A stretch of DNA of 64,000 nucleotides, taken from positions 310,001-374,000 of the forward strand of contig JALMLS010000579.1 in NCBI GenBank assembly GCA_038496445.1, given 5' to 3'. Positions 14,390 to 29,390 of the stretch are shown here, one piece after another; the first letter of the stretch is position 1; every line of letters starts with the position of its first letter. Made by a program: the position numbers and the translations under genes. The DNA comes from Trichosphaerium sp. ATCC 40318. Its lineage: Eukaryota > Protista > Tubulinea. The notes beneath the pieces were generated by a model. It ran no database searches and was not told the origin of the DNA. It was given only the letters and a program-made list of their open reading frames with translations.

Positions 14390-15252
14390 AAAAAAAACCC
14401 AAAGCATTTTTCGTTTTATATTGTTTATTGTTTGAAAGTAAAAGAATCTTATTGTATTGAAGTTGTGTTGCTTGCATTTTTGACTCGGTATTGAATGTCT
14501 CTTGTAGTGAATGACCGTACTGCGAACACTCTGTGCGCTTTCGTAGATGTGATAGGAGTCTGGGATGGGTAGTTTTTGGTGTTTTGTTGAGTTTTCAGAT
14601 TGTAGTGTGATTTATGCGCACTAGCGTGCTAGATGAATTGAACCATCGTATCTTAAAAGAGTGGTCACACCACGGAAAGTTCAAACTCGCGTAGTTCGTG
14701 GTTTGACTTAACTTTACGGGAAAAAATTAGGCGAAACGTTTCATCTCGAGCTGCACGTGACATAACGTTTATGTTGGAGTTAGTCGCAATAAAGTACCTA
14801 GCGTGTTTGTGCACAACAAAAACAACCTATTATGTTGTGTTTCCAAAACGTAAAGGTTGGCAATAAACCATTCAGCAAATACCTCTACACCCCAAAAAAA
14901 AGACCAAAAGCTTAAGATTGTAGTTGTAGTTAAAAACTACTAATTGGTATCGTCATATTTCAATTTAATTTCCCGGTGTACTTCGGCTTAAACAATTTAC
15001 GCTATACACTAAAAGAGGAGAAAAAAGTATTATGACTATTATGTATATTCAATGCTTTCACGTGTAGCAAAGGGTGTTTCGAGATCGTTTTCTCTAAATC
15101 ACTTTTTTGTTTCACAAGTTGGCTTTATTTTAAGTCAGGGGCTGCCCATTTCTGAAAACAATATTGTCAAGCGACAGGCACAGCAACAACAACTCCATAC
15201 CACTTATAATTCCATTACTTTGTGATCTTGGAGCAACACGAAAAACCAAAAA

Positions 15253-17717
15253 ATGAATCAATCTCAGATAACACTTCTCATAGCACTACTCATAGTCGCT
15301 GGTACTTACACTCAAACTATCGTGCGATTTTACTCTAAAGTACAATAGTATCATGTCACCGACGTATTCTTCTTTGTCAAAGAGACTTTGAACACGGCAC
15401 ACTACTCATAGATCAACCAGGATACTATGTATTAACAGAGGATATTGTTTTCAACCCAAACAACGCTCAATCTCTCGGTACTGACGCATACGATGCCTCA
15501 TTCCCGCTACCGTCTCAGTTCAAGTCGAATGGAGGTATTTACGATGACGCAGCGTATACACTTGGGTTTTTCGCGGCTATCTCTGTTTACGCTGAGGATG
15601 TTACTATTGACTTGAATGGTTATACGCTATCTCAACATAGAGAGCATGCGTTGCTACAGCGGTTTTTCGCTTTGATCGAACTTGCTGATAGACCTTTTAT
15701 ATCTGGAGCAGGACCTCACTCTTTTGGTGATCTTAACGCTGCTAAACACGTTACGATTAAAAATGGTACGTTTGCTTAGTCACGTGACGTATGAATTACC
15801 AAAAAAAAAATCGGATTTTTTTTGTTCCGTGATTGCTCATTTTAAACTGCTGTGTAATTTTAAGACATTATTTTAAAATTCTGAAACGCAATCACAAGAC
15901 ACTAAAAAAGATATCTCTTTTTTCCTCAAATGTCAGAAAATCAACTAATCTCCAGAAAACTGCAAATCGCGTAATAGTAATGTTTGCCTTTTTTGTAGTT
16001 GAACTTTCTTTTGTACTTATGATTGACTATTAGGCGTTCTTGGTCTCGCTGCTCATCATGGTATACATGGTAACAATAATGAGGATGTTAGAATCGACAG
16101 AGTAGACTTTAAAAATTTTGAAGTTGCTGCTGTGTCTCTTAACCTTGTCAAGCGACTTAAAATAACAAGATGTACAGCTACAAACAGAAAGGATATCCCT
16201 ATCATTGGCCTGTTTTCTATGACTCGCTTTTTACAAAGATATGTCGACTACTTGGTAGACCAAGGATCTTCTACTACTCTTAACGTAAAAGGTACAATAA
16301 TCAGTCAAAAAGAAACACAATCTTCTCGAAGATATTGATTTTTATCCACAAATAAAAGTCTTTTGCTGACAGTTTGTTCTAGGAAACGTAATGAACGTGC
16401 AGACCATTCAAGATGGCTTGAGGAAATACATTAATGATGTACACAACGATATTGTAGTTCATAGACGTTCTACTATCGATTCAGACGCTCATCCTGAGGC
16501 ATACGGATTGTTTCATAACGAAGGAGGTCTTCTTGATGGTAATGCATACGGTTTTGTTACAAACGGAAGAGGTCCAGCTGTCAATGGATTTCCATCTGTT
16601 AATGCCCAAACCGCATCTTATGACGTCTACTTCAAGGACGTATACGTCAGAGAAATTCAAGCTAGAGTCAATGAAGTTATTGTTTTGGCAGATGGTACGT
16701 CTTACATAATAAACAGAATACTTAGATATCATTCTAAATATTACACGATAGGTCCAACTGCCGCTATTGATCCTGTCGGTTCCGCTTTTCAAACGTTTAA
16801 CAGACATCCTGATACTGGAGAGTTTCTGACGTTATCATCATCGGAACTCAATGATGCTGAATACACAGGAAATGCAGCAGCAAACGCTCAAGCATTCATT
16901 GCCAAAGTAAGTTAACAATGCTCCTGTTTAGTTGGTTTTTAGTTGTCACACGTGGAAAAATCACGTGATTTTTTTCCTCTGGTTCACATCTGACATATTT
17001 ATCTAGGCTATCCATGCTGGAGAATTTGAAGGCACATCATTGAATACCATGCGTAATTCCATCTCTGAAAAAATGATCGAATGGGTTGAAGCACCTACTG
17101 GCACAGAAAAAGCAAAGCTATCCTATCTCTTAGAAGGAGGTTCAAGACTACAATGTAACGGAGATACTATGATTCACGTAAACAAGGGTGTTATTGGTTT
17201 CAAGATGGACGGTGCTTCACATGTTTACATGGAGAACATTGTAGCTGATGGTATTCGCAACTTTGGTAAAACAGGTTCAAACTACTGTGGACAGTATTAC
17301 AAGTCTCATCCTTTGGCTACATTACCTGGATACGGCGGTGCTTACTCAAGAGGATTCACATTCGCTGGTAGCTCAAACATTGCTGTAGCACAAGCAAGTG
17401 TTCGCAATATCGAGTCAGAAGGAGGAGAAGCTGTTGGTTTTGATGTTCTAACAAACTCTGAGGGAGTTAAGTTAGAATTGGTTAGCGTTCGCGATGCTGT
17501 TGCTGGTAAGGAGTTTGTTGATCAACTTGCAAATCCAACATCTCCTGCATACGCTACAGGTTTCCAATTCGGAAGAGATACAACCGACATCACGCTTTCT
17601 GATTTCCAAGTTTATAATCTCGATGCTCGGCAAGTTTTCTCTGTGGCAAGTCATAGTGAAGGTTGTCGTATAAGTAAAGGATTCTATCACTCGAAAAAGA
17701 GTGACTACTATCACTAA
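15253..17717 (+). CDS. secreted right-handed beta-helix (pectin-lyase-like fold) protein
   Basis: Signal peptide MNQSQITLLIALLIVA; GTLLIDQPGYYVLTEDIVFNP, VTIDLNGYTL, QRFFALIELAD, HHGIHGNNNEDVRID; Gly/Asn-rich beta repeats to stop 17717. Confidence 0.7.
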
Positions 17718-18206
17718 AAAACAACTTGGTGTTTGTAATTAAAAATAATAAAGTATAGTCGATTTTTTGGAACTCTTGGTTTTGTATTTATGTGCACTAG
17801 TTTGCTAACTGTTTATGTGTTAGGGATTATAGACTGTAATAAGAAAAAGACTGAGTAAATACAATACACTATTGCATAGTGGCTTGTGTTCCTTCAGATA
17901 ATACAATATACAAAGACTTAACATAGTTTAACAATGAATATAAATATTGCTTGTATCATAACGGAAGAACATTAGGCTACAGATTTTTGTAGTACCAAAC
18001 AACATTGACCAGACACAACGAAATAGTTGGCTACGACCATCTTTAACAATATTAGACTTATGTTGGTTCAGCATCAAAGAACCTTTGCAAACGAAATAAT
18101 TATCACATTTTTTGCCTTACAATTTATTAATTCTAACTAACTAGGTACTTTTTTTGTCAATTGAGTATTTTCTGTTCTAGCTACTAGACAGATTCTTACC
18201 TTCCAT

Positions 18207-19300
18207 TTACGGAAAGGCCGCAATACGTTCTCCATTATACTCTATTAACTTGCCATTCTCATTCCAATCCTTGTTTGTCAATTGTGAGCCATGGCAGAAA
18301 TGACAGTGTGTCTTCAATTGGCCATTCTCATACCAGAGTAAAAAATCTCCTTCTAGTCGACCATGGTGACAATTACTCAGAATTTTCAATTGGCCACTTT
18401 CATACCACTTATTGCACTGTCCATGTTGTCTGCCATGGAAGTAATTTAACTGGAACATCAATTTGCCGTTTTTATACCACTGCTTGTATTCTCCTTCTTG
18501 TTTGCCATTACTGTAATTAATCTGGCATTTAAATTTACCGTTTTCATACCACTTCCTGAATTCGCCATCTTTTTTGTCATTGATGTAATTACATTGTGAC
18601 TTGAATTGGCCATTCTCATACCACTCCCTGCGTTCGCCATCTTCTTTGTCATTGATGTAATTACACTGTGACTTCAATTGACCATTCTCATGCCACTCTA
18701 AAAATTCTCCTTCACGTTTACCATTGATGTAATAAAACTGACTCTCCAATTCACCAGTACAATACCACTCCTTACATTCACCTTCTCTTTTACCACTGAT
18801 GTAATTACAATGGATTCTCAAAGACCCGTTTTTGTACCACTTGTTGTATTCTCCTTCTGGGTTGTCATTGATGAAATTAAACTTGCACTTCAATATACCC
18901 TTTTTGTACCACCTCCTGTATTCTCCTTCTCGTTTGCCATTTATGTAATTATACTGCCTCTTCAATCGACCGTTCATGTACCAATCCTTGAACTCTCCAT
19001 CTTTTTTACCATGTTTCCAACACTTTTGGTGTACAATACGGTTGTCGCTTCTACAAAGCCATTTTCCGTGCTTCTTCAACTTATAATCATACCTTGTGTT
19101 GATTGCTGCCTGTTTTGAAAGGAGAGGCCACTTTAAATACAGCGATGCGTCTAAATCGATAATATCAAGCTGAATCTCAACAGGAAGGTTTAGTAAATGG
19201 CTCTCTTCTGGTTTTCCCTATTAATTCGTTACATAAGCACTTTATCTTGTAATTAACCATGTAATACCTTTAATGCACTGGTAGTGGAATAAGCAAGCAT
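18207..19300 (-). CDS. F-box-like + MORN-variant (YwqK-type) repeat protein
   Basis: Short first exon at 19300, one intron, then LLNLPVEIQLDIIDLD...KWPLLSK and about ten 24-aa G(E/K)xxxWYxNGxL repeats. Confidence 0.85.
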
Positions 19301-20447
19301 TTCAAATGAAATATTTATTTTAAAGCCACGTGTTGTTTAATTCTCAACTTTTCTTGTATGACACGTGTCACGAATAGTGGCGTACAATTATGTAAAGGCT
19401 CTCCATTTGAAACAATCAAGGTTTGAAGGACTAATTAGGCTCGGAAATTCCAGTTAAGTTTCCGCTTTCCGGCAATGAGGCCTAAAATTGTGCGAATTTC
19501 CTGTCATTGGAGTGTTTGTACAAACAAAACTCGCAGAAAATAAGGCTTCAGCCGCTTGCTTAAATAGGCTTCAAAACGCAAACTAGTACCCGTCCAGCTC
19601 TGCCTCGTGTATAAACTCCATACATATAGGAAACTTTTAAGTTGTAGTAGACATGTTAATCCAAAACAACACAATCTTATGTTGTAGGAACACATGTTGT
19701 AAGAATTGGAATGCTGTAGCTAAAACTATGTACTTAAGGAGGTACGAACTCTACGGGCCCTTAAATAATACACTGAGAGATTCTATCGTATCGTAGCAAC
19801 TCTTTTTGTACACTCCTATTGTTTCAAAAAAAAAGAACTTCAAAAAATCGAGTTTTTGTTAAATTACACTAATTCCTTTGCAGACTTTTTAACAAAACAA
19901 AATAACATACCATGACGCGGCAAAATTAGGAAAAGGCAATTACTTTAACACCTGCAAATAAGACAAGACATAAGTACAACTCCGAAATACGTTTTTTAAA
20001 CGAACTGTTCTAAAAAAGGAGAAGTTGCAAAAAAAGAAGGCAAGCACTAACCAGCGCTTGTTTTTACGTTAGAAAGAGTCAATTTTAGGAGTACACGAAT
20101 GAACTGTAACTCAACATTTCTATTTCTATTCTTTTGAATGTTTAGGCCATAAAAACAGCTCAATTGACATCCGTTGTATTCTTTTCGGCTTCACAAGTCG
20201 TTTATCGGAGAAATAAAGCTCGCAGTTACGTAACATATTTTGTTCATTTGCTTTCACTTCAAACTACTTTATAATCACTATACATAATGTTTCCGAGCGT
20301 AAGGGGGTACTTTCGTATTTTTAGGTTTCGCGCTTACTAAACAGTTGTAAATCATTACGTCATTTGGTTAAAATCAATAGCAGCACCTCCAACGAGGTTA
20401 AATAGAATATAAACAACAGACAGGTTACTTCATAGTGGTGGATACAA

Positions 20448-22914
20448 ATGTTAACGTCTGTAACATCAATAACATTTTTCTTTTGCATCGTTTTTGCTTT
20501 AGAAGCGAATGGAGAGCACTTTGACATTGGTAAGTTAACGATGGTTTGAAGAGAAGCGTTCTTAGTCGGTTTGTAGGCGTTTTAGCTATTAGAGGAGAAG
20601 AATCGACTTATAATCAATGGAACGCGACAGCGGAGTACCTAGAGGATAACTCCATCGCGTTGTTCTCGGGTGTACAACATACTTTTTCTATTATTGCTTT
20701 GGGTGCCACAGAACTTGAGCAAGCGGTGATCGATGAAACACTGGACATGGTTTTAACAAATCCATCCCAGTATCTCCAACTAGAAGTAAGAAATAGCTGT
20801 TTTTTTGCAGAAATTTCAAGCAAAAATAGCCGAAAAATCAATTCCTTGAGATTCAGTATTAACTTTATTACAGGTAGCTAATTCAGTGTCTCGTTTTGCT
20901 ACACTTATAAACCTTCGCCAAGGGTTCCCCCTAACGACGTTTGGAGGCGTTATCTTGACTTTGAATAACAGAAATATTTCAACGTTTGAGGATATCCAAA
21001 AAGCTTCAATACATGCTGTAAGCTTAACAGGACTTGGAGCATATCGTATGCAGATAGGTTACTTGGAGGATAACGGCGTAGACATCGAGAACCTTAATGT
21101 ATCGTTTGTTGGGAACCAGAATACGATAACTAAGAATGTATTCGATGGTTTAGCTGATGTTGGGTTTATAAGAACAGATCAACTTGAACGATTTATCGTC
21201 AGTAACCCAGAATACGCAACACGAATCAACGAAGTTTCTGTTTTTAAAGAGATTGCAGCTGATTCCGAGTATCCTTTCAGAAGGACAACAAGGCTATACC
21301 CAGAGTGGCCAATATCAACAACCAGTAGAGCCCTTACAAAAATCGATGTTAGGTACGTTGTGAATCGAAGACGAAAGGCCATCTACTATTCTCAGTTTTT
21401 TCCTTCTTTGTTTTGATCTGAATTCAAATTTAAATAAAAGCAACTTGGTGGTGCTCTAGCTAACTCTTTTTATGTATTTAGGCAATTATCATCAGCATTC
21501 TTTTCTATTGAACAAAATACAACAGCTGCAATTCAAGGAGGATACCAACAATGGACTTCTCCTCTGAACTACAGAAATGTCTTTTTACTTCTTGATCAAC
21601 TCGGTGTGTTTGATAGCGAGCAAGAAAAATGTTTGAAGACGTGTAACCAAGAACATGGTGTATGTAATAATGTATCTGTATGCGTATGTAGTATTGGATG
21701 GGAGGGTCTCACATGTGATATTGTATCACCTAAAATAGAGGTACGCTGCAAACGTTCCAACTACTTTCGAAGAAAAAAAAAAGTGTTATGTAGTTTTCTC
21801 GTCTGACGCTTCTTTTAGAGATGGGTTCGATTTGATAATGCTGGAACATACTTAATTGTTATAGTAACTATCATACTTATAATTGTTATTCTATCTATGC
21901 TCATTTATATTATCACTATCCGTGAATCAAAAATGATTAAGAAAAAAGCTGGATTTTGGTTCAGTGTAATGTCTCTTGCTGGGTTTGTCATACTACTTGC
22001 AAGTATATTCTTTTGGCTTGGTAAACCCACTGATGTAAGTTGTGGCTTACGCGTATGGGCTATAAGTATTGGATTCACGGTGGTACGTAAAAGCGGATAA
22101 CATGTTTTTTGGATACGCAAACTTTTGTACTTACTTTAGTTTCTTAGGCTTATGTCGGTCCGCTTGTTAAGATTTGGCGTCTTTCCAGAATATTCAATAA
22201 TAATTCTTTAAAGATATTGACAATTAAGGACTCTTTCCTTGCTAAGATTGCTGTTGTCGTTACTCTAATTGAAATCATTTTCTGCATTATTTGGCAAGTT
22301 GTTGCTCCTTCAGAAGCAATAGTAGTCCAAGTCCCAGATAGGCACGTTTTTCTTACTTTATTATTATATGCCTTAAACTATGGTTTATTTGTAGTATTAA
22401 TACGGTTTCTAGTTTTGAGAAAGTGGATCATAAATGTAGCATCAATGAATACTTTGGATTTGTATCAGTGGCAATCAAAATGCTTCTGTTGATTATCTTC
22501 GGATGGCTTGCGTTTACTGTAAGGAAGGTAGCTTCAGATTTTAAAGCTGTAGATCAAAAATACGTAAACTTATCAATATACAACTCAATGGTCTTTTGTA
22601 CGTACAAGCACACATCCTTTTTGGACAATACGCCTTCAACTTTTTTCTCACTTTTTTCTTCAAAAAAAAGAGTCTTACATTTGTCTTTAGCTCTTCTGTT
22701 TGTTGCTCTACTTATCGCTATACCTGATAAATCATATGATCAAGAGTTTTATATTGTTTGCGCTGGTATTCTCATTCTTACAATCACGGCTGTTACTCCG
22801 CTTATGATTCCTACTCTCATTTTATCTCAAAACTATAATTCATCAATCACTATCGGATCAAAAAATGGCGATAGGAGTGCGCTATCTCATGGTGCTTCTA
22901 CCATTGATGTCTAA
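20448..22914 (+). CDS. class C (GABA-B/Grl-like) GPCR with PhnD/TtrS-like periplasmic-binding ectodomain and EGF repeat
   Basis: Signal peptide; I/GVLAIRGEESTYNQWNATAEYL, LTNPSQY, FGGVI, ADVGFIRTDQLE, TTRLYPEWP; EGF CNQEHGVC...CSIGWEGLTC; 7TM with CGLRVW, KIWRLSRIFNN, LAFTVRKVASDF. Confidence 0.85.
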
Positions 22915-23357
22915 AGAAAAGCTACTTATAACCAATACAAAAAACAAACTTGGCAAATGTCAAGTTGAGCACAGAAGGACCTTGTACTATCTGTGAAAAA
23001 AAAACTTGTAAATAAACAACCAAAATCGTGCATGTCAACAATTGTGTGGTGCTTTGTTTCACAGTTCAAACGCTTTAAATGATCTGTTGATGTGTTTCTG
23101 GCCCTTTTATTCGATAATAATATTGTTAGAAGGCCTATAAGGAAGCTTCCGGGAGAGGGTAAAATCTGGAAATGTAAAGGAAGTATGATGAAAGTGCTTT
23201 TTCTCCCCACACCTCAGAATAAACATAGCAGTGAATAAATAAGGTCTATGTTTATAATACAAACACACTTTTTCTTTTTCGTGTACTCATCACTACCTGG
23301 TTACAGTTTATGTAGAGATGAGAGTGTGAGCAATGGATGTTTTTAGGAAGGCTCTTT

Positions 23358-26300
23358 TTAATTGAGGAAAGAGCAAATCTCCTCAAAAGTTGGTCTATCT
23401 TGAGGTTCTACCTCAAAGCACTGCTCCATCAAGTCCTCTATACCTTCAGGTACTCCATTAGGTACACCTGGGTTAATCTTATCCTTCATAATCTTATAAC
23501 CAACTTCTAAATCATTTACAGCTCCATAAGGAACAGAACGTCCACAAATCTCAAATCTAAGAGGTAAAAAAAGTTAATATGTTGAGCTCAATAGCTTATC
23601 ATAGTCTTTGTTGTTTATTGATGAGTATGTTTTCAATAAAGGGTAGAAGGCGATTTCAATGCAGGATTTAGAAAAAATTTCAATAGTACGGCACAGTGCA
23701 CGTGCAAGCAAGACTGGATTTTCTTCGAAAAAAAAAAAAAGAAAGGATGATACGTACAATGTAACACCGTATGACCATACATCAGACTTAACGCTGTATT
23801 CTCTTGTTTCTAAAGCCTCTGGAGGCATCCAACGAATAGGTACACCTGCTTCAGCTTTGGTAGCTCCTTTTTTAGAATACTTATCTACAATTCTTGCCAA
23901 ACCAAAGTCACAAACTTTTGCTGATAGGTCTGATTCTAATAGAATATTTCTACTAGCCAAATCGCGATGCTACACATTTTTTAGATTATTCAATCATATG
24001 AATGAGGGAAAAGCTCAAATAAATTGGATTTTTTATAAAGTCGCTATGCGGTGCGTTTTGTTAAGCGAAGAATAAAACAGAAATTTCGAAAAAAAACAGT
24101 CGTAGTGATAAGGAATTTTTGAATGACGTACGATAATATTATGTTGGTGTAAGTGATTCATACCAGCTGCAATATTCCTTTTAAAATAAAAGTATTAGAG
24201 AGAAAGATCTTCAATAAGTAAAAATTTTATTTCTCGGAAAAAAAAAAGAAAGTGAGCGAATGTGTTTGCCAAAACAAGGCACGTGGGTCGGACGTACTTG
24301 ATAAACTTCATCTTTAGGTCATCTGATATTTTCTTATCACTAAAGAGGTATACCTCTAAAGCTCCACCAGCCATAAACTCCATAACAATAGCGTGGTCAG
24401 GTAAGACCAAGCCTATTAATCCAAGAACATTTTCATGTATTGGTAATGCCATCATTACTGTAACTTCAGCCATGAAGTTTTCTTTAAATTCTTTTGTGTT
24501 GACGTTTGGTTGTTTTATAGCAACCTTTTTATCATCCCACAATCCTAAATAAAAAGTAAATATCAATCATCAATCCAACACCATCGATTTTCTTCGAATG
24601 AGGAAGTCTGCCACTACTCGCGTAGACAAAAACGTCTATTCACGTAGACGCAACGAATCTTCCAAATCGGACAAAGTGTATCCAAAAAAAAAAAGGCCTA
24701 TTTATAGCTATTTTTTTTCACTCCTTGTGGGAGTGCTCAAAGAGATATCCACATACCCATATGTACTACGCCAGAAGATCCTGATCCAAGTTCAGATATT
24801 ATTTCAATATCCTCAGAACGAATAATAGCATATCCTGTGCCTTCAAAGAGAGTTAGATGAAAAAATCAATTATACGAGAGTAAATAAATACTTGCCTTGT
24901 GATGAACCAAGTTTTCTTGGACTATCGCGACCTTTAAGATCACTCATAGGGTGATACGTAGTATTTGGTTTTCTTTCATTATCAGCAGACGGTAATTGAT
25001 CTATTAAAAAACAGTTAGTCACTGTTTTGTTCATTGAATGAGTAAATAAATGATAACATTCTTACTTAATCTGCTTGCTTCTTCCGCTACTGATCCATTT
25101 TTACGTTTACGCCTTATAAGAATAACGACAATAATAATAAGCAATAGTGCAATGATAACAGCACCAACAACAACGACAATAATAATGATCGGTAAACCTC
25201 CCTCGGAAGGCTCATCAATAACTCCAGAATCTGCTTTAAAAAAATCACTGGTTAGAGCTAAAACCAAATAACATAATAAGGATACCTGAAGGAGCTTGAA
25301 GCGTAGGGTCAAATGGCAGATTGGAGATATCTGCTTCTATAGTAATCTAGAAGTTCGTTAAGTTTTTTTTCTATTTCTAAGTTATATCTCTTTAACGTAC
25401 TGTGGTACCGGTTCCTGGTGGACTAGTCAAGTTAAAGACAAATAGACTGTCTTGTTCAATATTTCTTTTAAGTTGTCTCTTATTACTTGAAGGAATGGTC
25501 ATTTCAAAGGCAACAATCTACACGAAAATTACATTGGTGAAAAGCGGCAAAAAACCAAACTACCTCTGATGGCTGTTCGAAATAAGCTAAACTGAGAGAC
25601 GCGTCTATCTCTTGTTCGTCCCACATAATGCTCCTAAATTGTACCGCTACACGTGTACCTGGAGGTAAGTCTTCAAGTACACGTACAACTACAACTAGCG
25701 TGGTATTAATCTATTCAAAATATAAGATAAAAAATATGATAGTCCTGCTGTACCGTAAATGGGTTTCCAGGGCCATACTCATCGGCACACGTTGGGTCGT
25801 TTAATGGGCAAAATTCGAGATCAATATTACCGGTGTTGACTAAGTTGACAAATCAAAAAAAAAAAAGGCATCACGGCAGTCGTACAGTTTTCAACCGTAT
25901 CATTAACAACTGTTGGCGTTGTGGTACTCGCTATGGGAATGGTAGGTGCTACACTTGTAGGTGAAATTGTGGTAGGTGCACTAGTAGTAGGTGCGCCAGT
26001 AGTAGGTGGTGCTGGGCATGGTCTCTAAGAAAAAGGTCAGGTTGAAATAAAAAACTACAATATCAAAAGAGCTACGTACAACGTTTAGTATTGGAGTTAG
26101 TCTTCCCAGTACAAATCCATATCCATCAACATCAATCGGTGTATCCAAACCAGGTATTGTTCCAGTACCACCATCATTACCTCCTGTTCCACATTAGAAA
26201 AAAAACCAAAAGGATATGAAATTGAAATGTAGTTCCCGAGTACGTGCTTTTTAGTCCAGATACAAAAAAGATTTTACGTGTTGATAATCTCTGTGAACCT

Positions 26301-29157
26301 AAGTCTTTACCATCCACCTGAGTAAAAGATTTTTGAACGAATTGAGACTCTATAAAAATAGGATTAATGTTCCAATAATAATAATAAAAAATATGGAGTA
26401 GGCGAGTTTTTTTAATCAAATGTAAGCGTACTCAAGTCAATTCTAAAGTCTTTTGTATCAGGACCAGGTTGAATACTGTACAACTCTTGTACTCCAACAG
26501 ATGAATTATCAAATGGTGGACGAGAGGGATCAACAGACACAACAACAAGAGATTTAACTCCAGGAGCAGATTCCAGACTAAGCACAGGTTCGAGAGATCC
26601 CAAGTATACCCCAACGAATACTACAGGAGCCATATCAACGCCATTGCCAGCGGCTATATCATTCTGAACTCCTTTCAGCATTACAAGTTCCTAACAAATA
26701 AAAAGGTCAGTGAATGAGGATAAGAAAGATAACGAACAGGTTCTGTACTATCCGCACAAGCGGGATTCACTGCCCAATAATCTCCTCCAAAATCAGATCT
26801 TGCTAGCTTTTCTTGTATAGGTGGTGATTTATCCAGAATAGGGTGCATTACACTGTTATGTTCTGTTGTAAAAGTACTAGAAGTATTAAGTACAGGCACA
26901 ATAGCATCTACGAAGTAATAAATATTATTAACATTTAGGGGTGTGTTTTAAACATACGTTTTTGAAATCCTGTCACTGGGCCAAGGGATTTTATTTCTTT
27001 GCCTATTACGCAAAATGCACTATCAACATCTGAACAAGCAACTTCAAATGTAGCTAATGTTAGTTTCTCCTAAATCAATCAAAGTTAGCTCTTTTCTTCT
27101 TTTTTTCTTTTTGGACACATAAGAAAAGTAGGGGTTAACACACCTGAGTACCAATATCTTGTATTGTTATTTTACTCTCTGACAGTTGGTTTCTTGAGTC
27201 TAGATACTGAACTGATAATTCCTACAACAAAAATGCTTAGTTCAGATGAAGGACAGTGGTCGAGTACAAAAAAAAACTAGATATGATATTTTTAGATTAC
27301 GCCGTACCACATCATTACCGCCAGATAAACCAAACATCATGAACCAAAAGAAATGTCCTGGATCTGAATACAAAGCAGCATCTCCACCAAGAATATCTAT
27401 ATCTAGTAATTGTAAGAGATAATATTAAGATACAGAACAAGTTTTACGACGATTATAAATTTGAACGTACTTGGGGAAAATACATTACGAGAACTTTTTG
27501 TGCTGTAAATGTTTGTGGTTCTATAAACGATAGTGCATACCCAGTAATCCCTGATGTCGTTGGGAAATCAAAAATTGTACCACCTATAATATTATCATGA
27601 GAAATAAGACACCATGCACTTGGTAAAGCCGCGTTTTCTTCGAAAAGATGCAGCGAGTCAAAAAAAAAAATAGAAAAAATCTTGACATGACGATGAAGTA
27701 CGAATCCGTCCCTTCTGTGGTAAAAAAATAAAAGGAGCTTAAGTTTCTTTATCAAAACAAACCATATAAAATAACAACGTACGAATAGATAACGGTAGTG
27801 TTGTATCTGACAAAATAATATACATGTCATCATGTGTATAAATATTCATGCTTGGAATCAGTTCTTCTGATAATATAGGAGTGTCTCCAACTTCTATCTT
27901 TGTTGCTTGATATCTCAAATTCTCAAGAGAATAAACATCATCAATTGGATGGGTGTATAGGCCTGGAAGGTTGAGACCAGAAAACCTCCATGTGAAAAAA
28001 AAGTGACTTGTTTTTCCGGTGTCTCCAAGCGCTCTCCCAGGTATTGTTACTTGAACTGCATTTCTTGGTTGTAAAAAGAAAAGGGTACACTTTTTATCTA
28101 ACAAAAAAGTAAATATAAATCTGTGGAGAGGTAGAAACAGTTTAGTGTAAAAAAAAAAAAACATTAACAAAGAATCAATGCGCGTCAGGGTAATAGGTTG
28201 ACTCAAAACTTCTTTTTTGGAATCTAAACATTAAATAGAAACTCTGACCATTCCAAAAACGCATTGTAGTCACCTGAAAATTGTGACAAGGACGTGTCAA
28301 AAAAACCTTTTTTTTTTCGAAAAAGAAAATAAAAATCCAAGATGAAAAAACAAATGCGCACAGAACTGTCCACCGACTATAAATGAGTATCCATCTGCGA
28401 CTGTATACTCCAGTGTTGCTATTGATAATATTTCACAGTTTGCATCATCTCCTTCAGGTACTAAAGCGGGCCGTGAATTTCGCGAAAAAAAAATTATGAA
28501 TAAAATGAAATTACTGTTCAAAGTGAACCAACAAACACAAAAACCTATTTAATGAATACTTACCAGCTACTAAAGTAGCCACCGGCCAAAATTGAGTTCC
28601 TCCATCGCGTACTAACGGAAAAATTAAAGAGCTTGTTTTAACTATTTTTGTACCAATTCTAACAAAGCCTACGCGGCTGCCATCCACAACATTTGCTAAG
28701 GCATCTAATAGTTGAATAGTAACATTAAACTGTATTCGAATTGCGTCTGGAACAATTTCACTCGTTAAACTGCTTTTCAACCAATAACCAGACACTAAGG
28801 GCTGTTGTTAGGACTTTTTTGGGAGAGAATTGTATCGTTTGCAAGTTGCATGAATGTAACTTCGCTGCCGTTATTGCGTGTTTGGTGCGCTGTGGTTGAC
28901 TAGGAACCGATTCCATCTTCGGTACGTTTAGACAAAAATTAAGACAATTACCTGCAATTATATCCTGAAGTTCACCACTGATATTCAATACATCTGCTAT
29001 AGCGAGACCAGTTGGTCTAAGGATGTCGTGAAACTCAATCTCGTCTAAAACAGCATAAATGCATTATAGTCGCGCATACTGTACCTGCGTTTGCCGTTTG
29101 AGCAGTACAACATCCAAAAAATGCAGATAGTAGTGCAAGAACTACTACAAAGCGCAT
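23358..29157 (-). CDS. receptor tyrosine kinase-like protein with large ectodomain
   Basis: Signal peptide MRFVVVLALLS; Thr/Pro stalk; TM IIIIVVVVGAVIIALLLIIIVVIL-RRKRK; kinase LGSGSSG, VAIK, HRDLASRN, DFG, PIRWMPPE, SDVWSYG. Confidence 0.88.
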
Positions 29158-29390
29158 AGTGCCTTGTTTTCTTCAGTAGCACTGTGCCTCGTGCTTGCAC
29201 GTTGTTTTGATTGTAAATTGACCAAAAGTAATTTATTCGCTGCAAAAAAAAAAAATCTGCCCAAAAGCTCGTTGCTCTTTTTTGAGTATTAGCACTATTA
29301 CAACCTCTCGTGAACCGGTTATAGTTCAGCGAATGATACATTGAAGAGAACTACCACTTGAGAAGTTTTTCTTTTTAATATTGGCTTGCG

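Noticed and set aside
18207-19300. Bacterial YwqK antitoxin or contamination
   Set aside because: Has a spliceosomal intron, an F-box-like N-terminus and a paralog in the window; no partner toxin.
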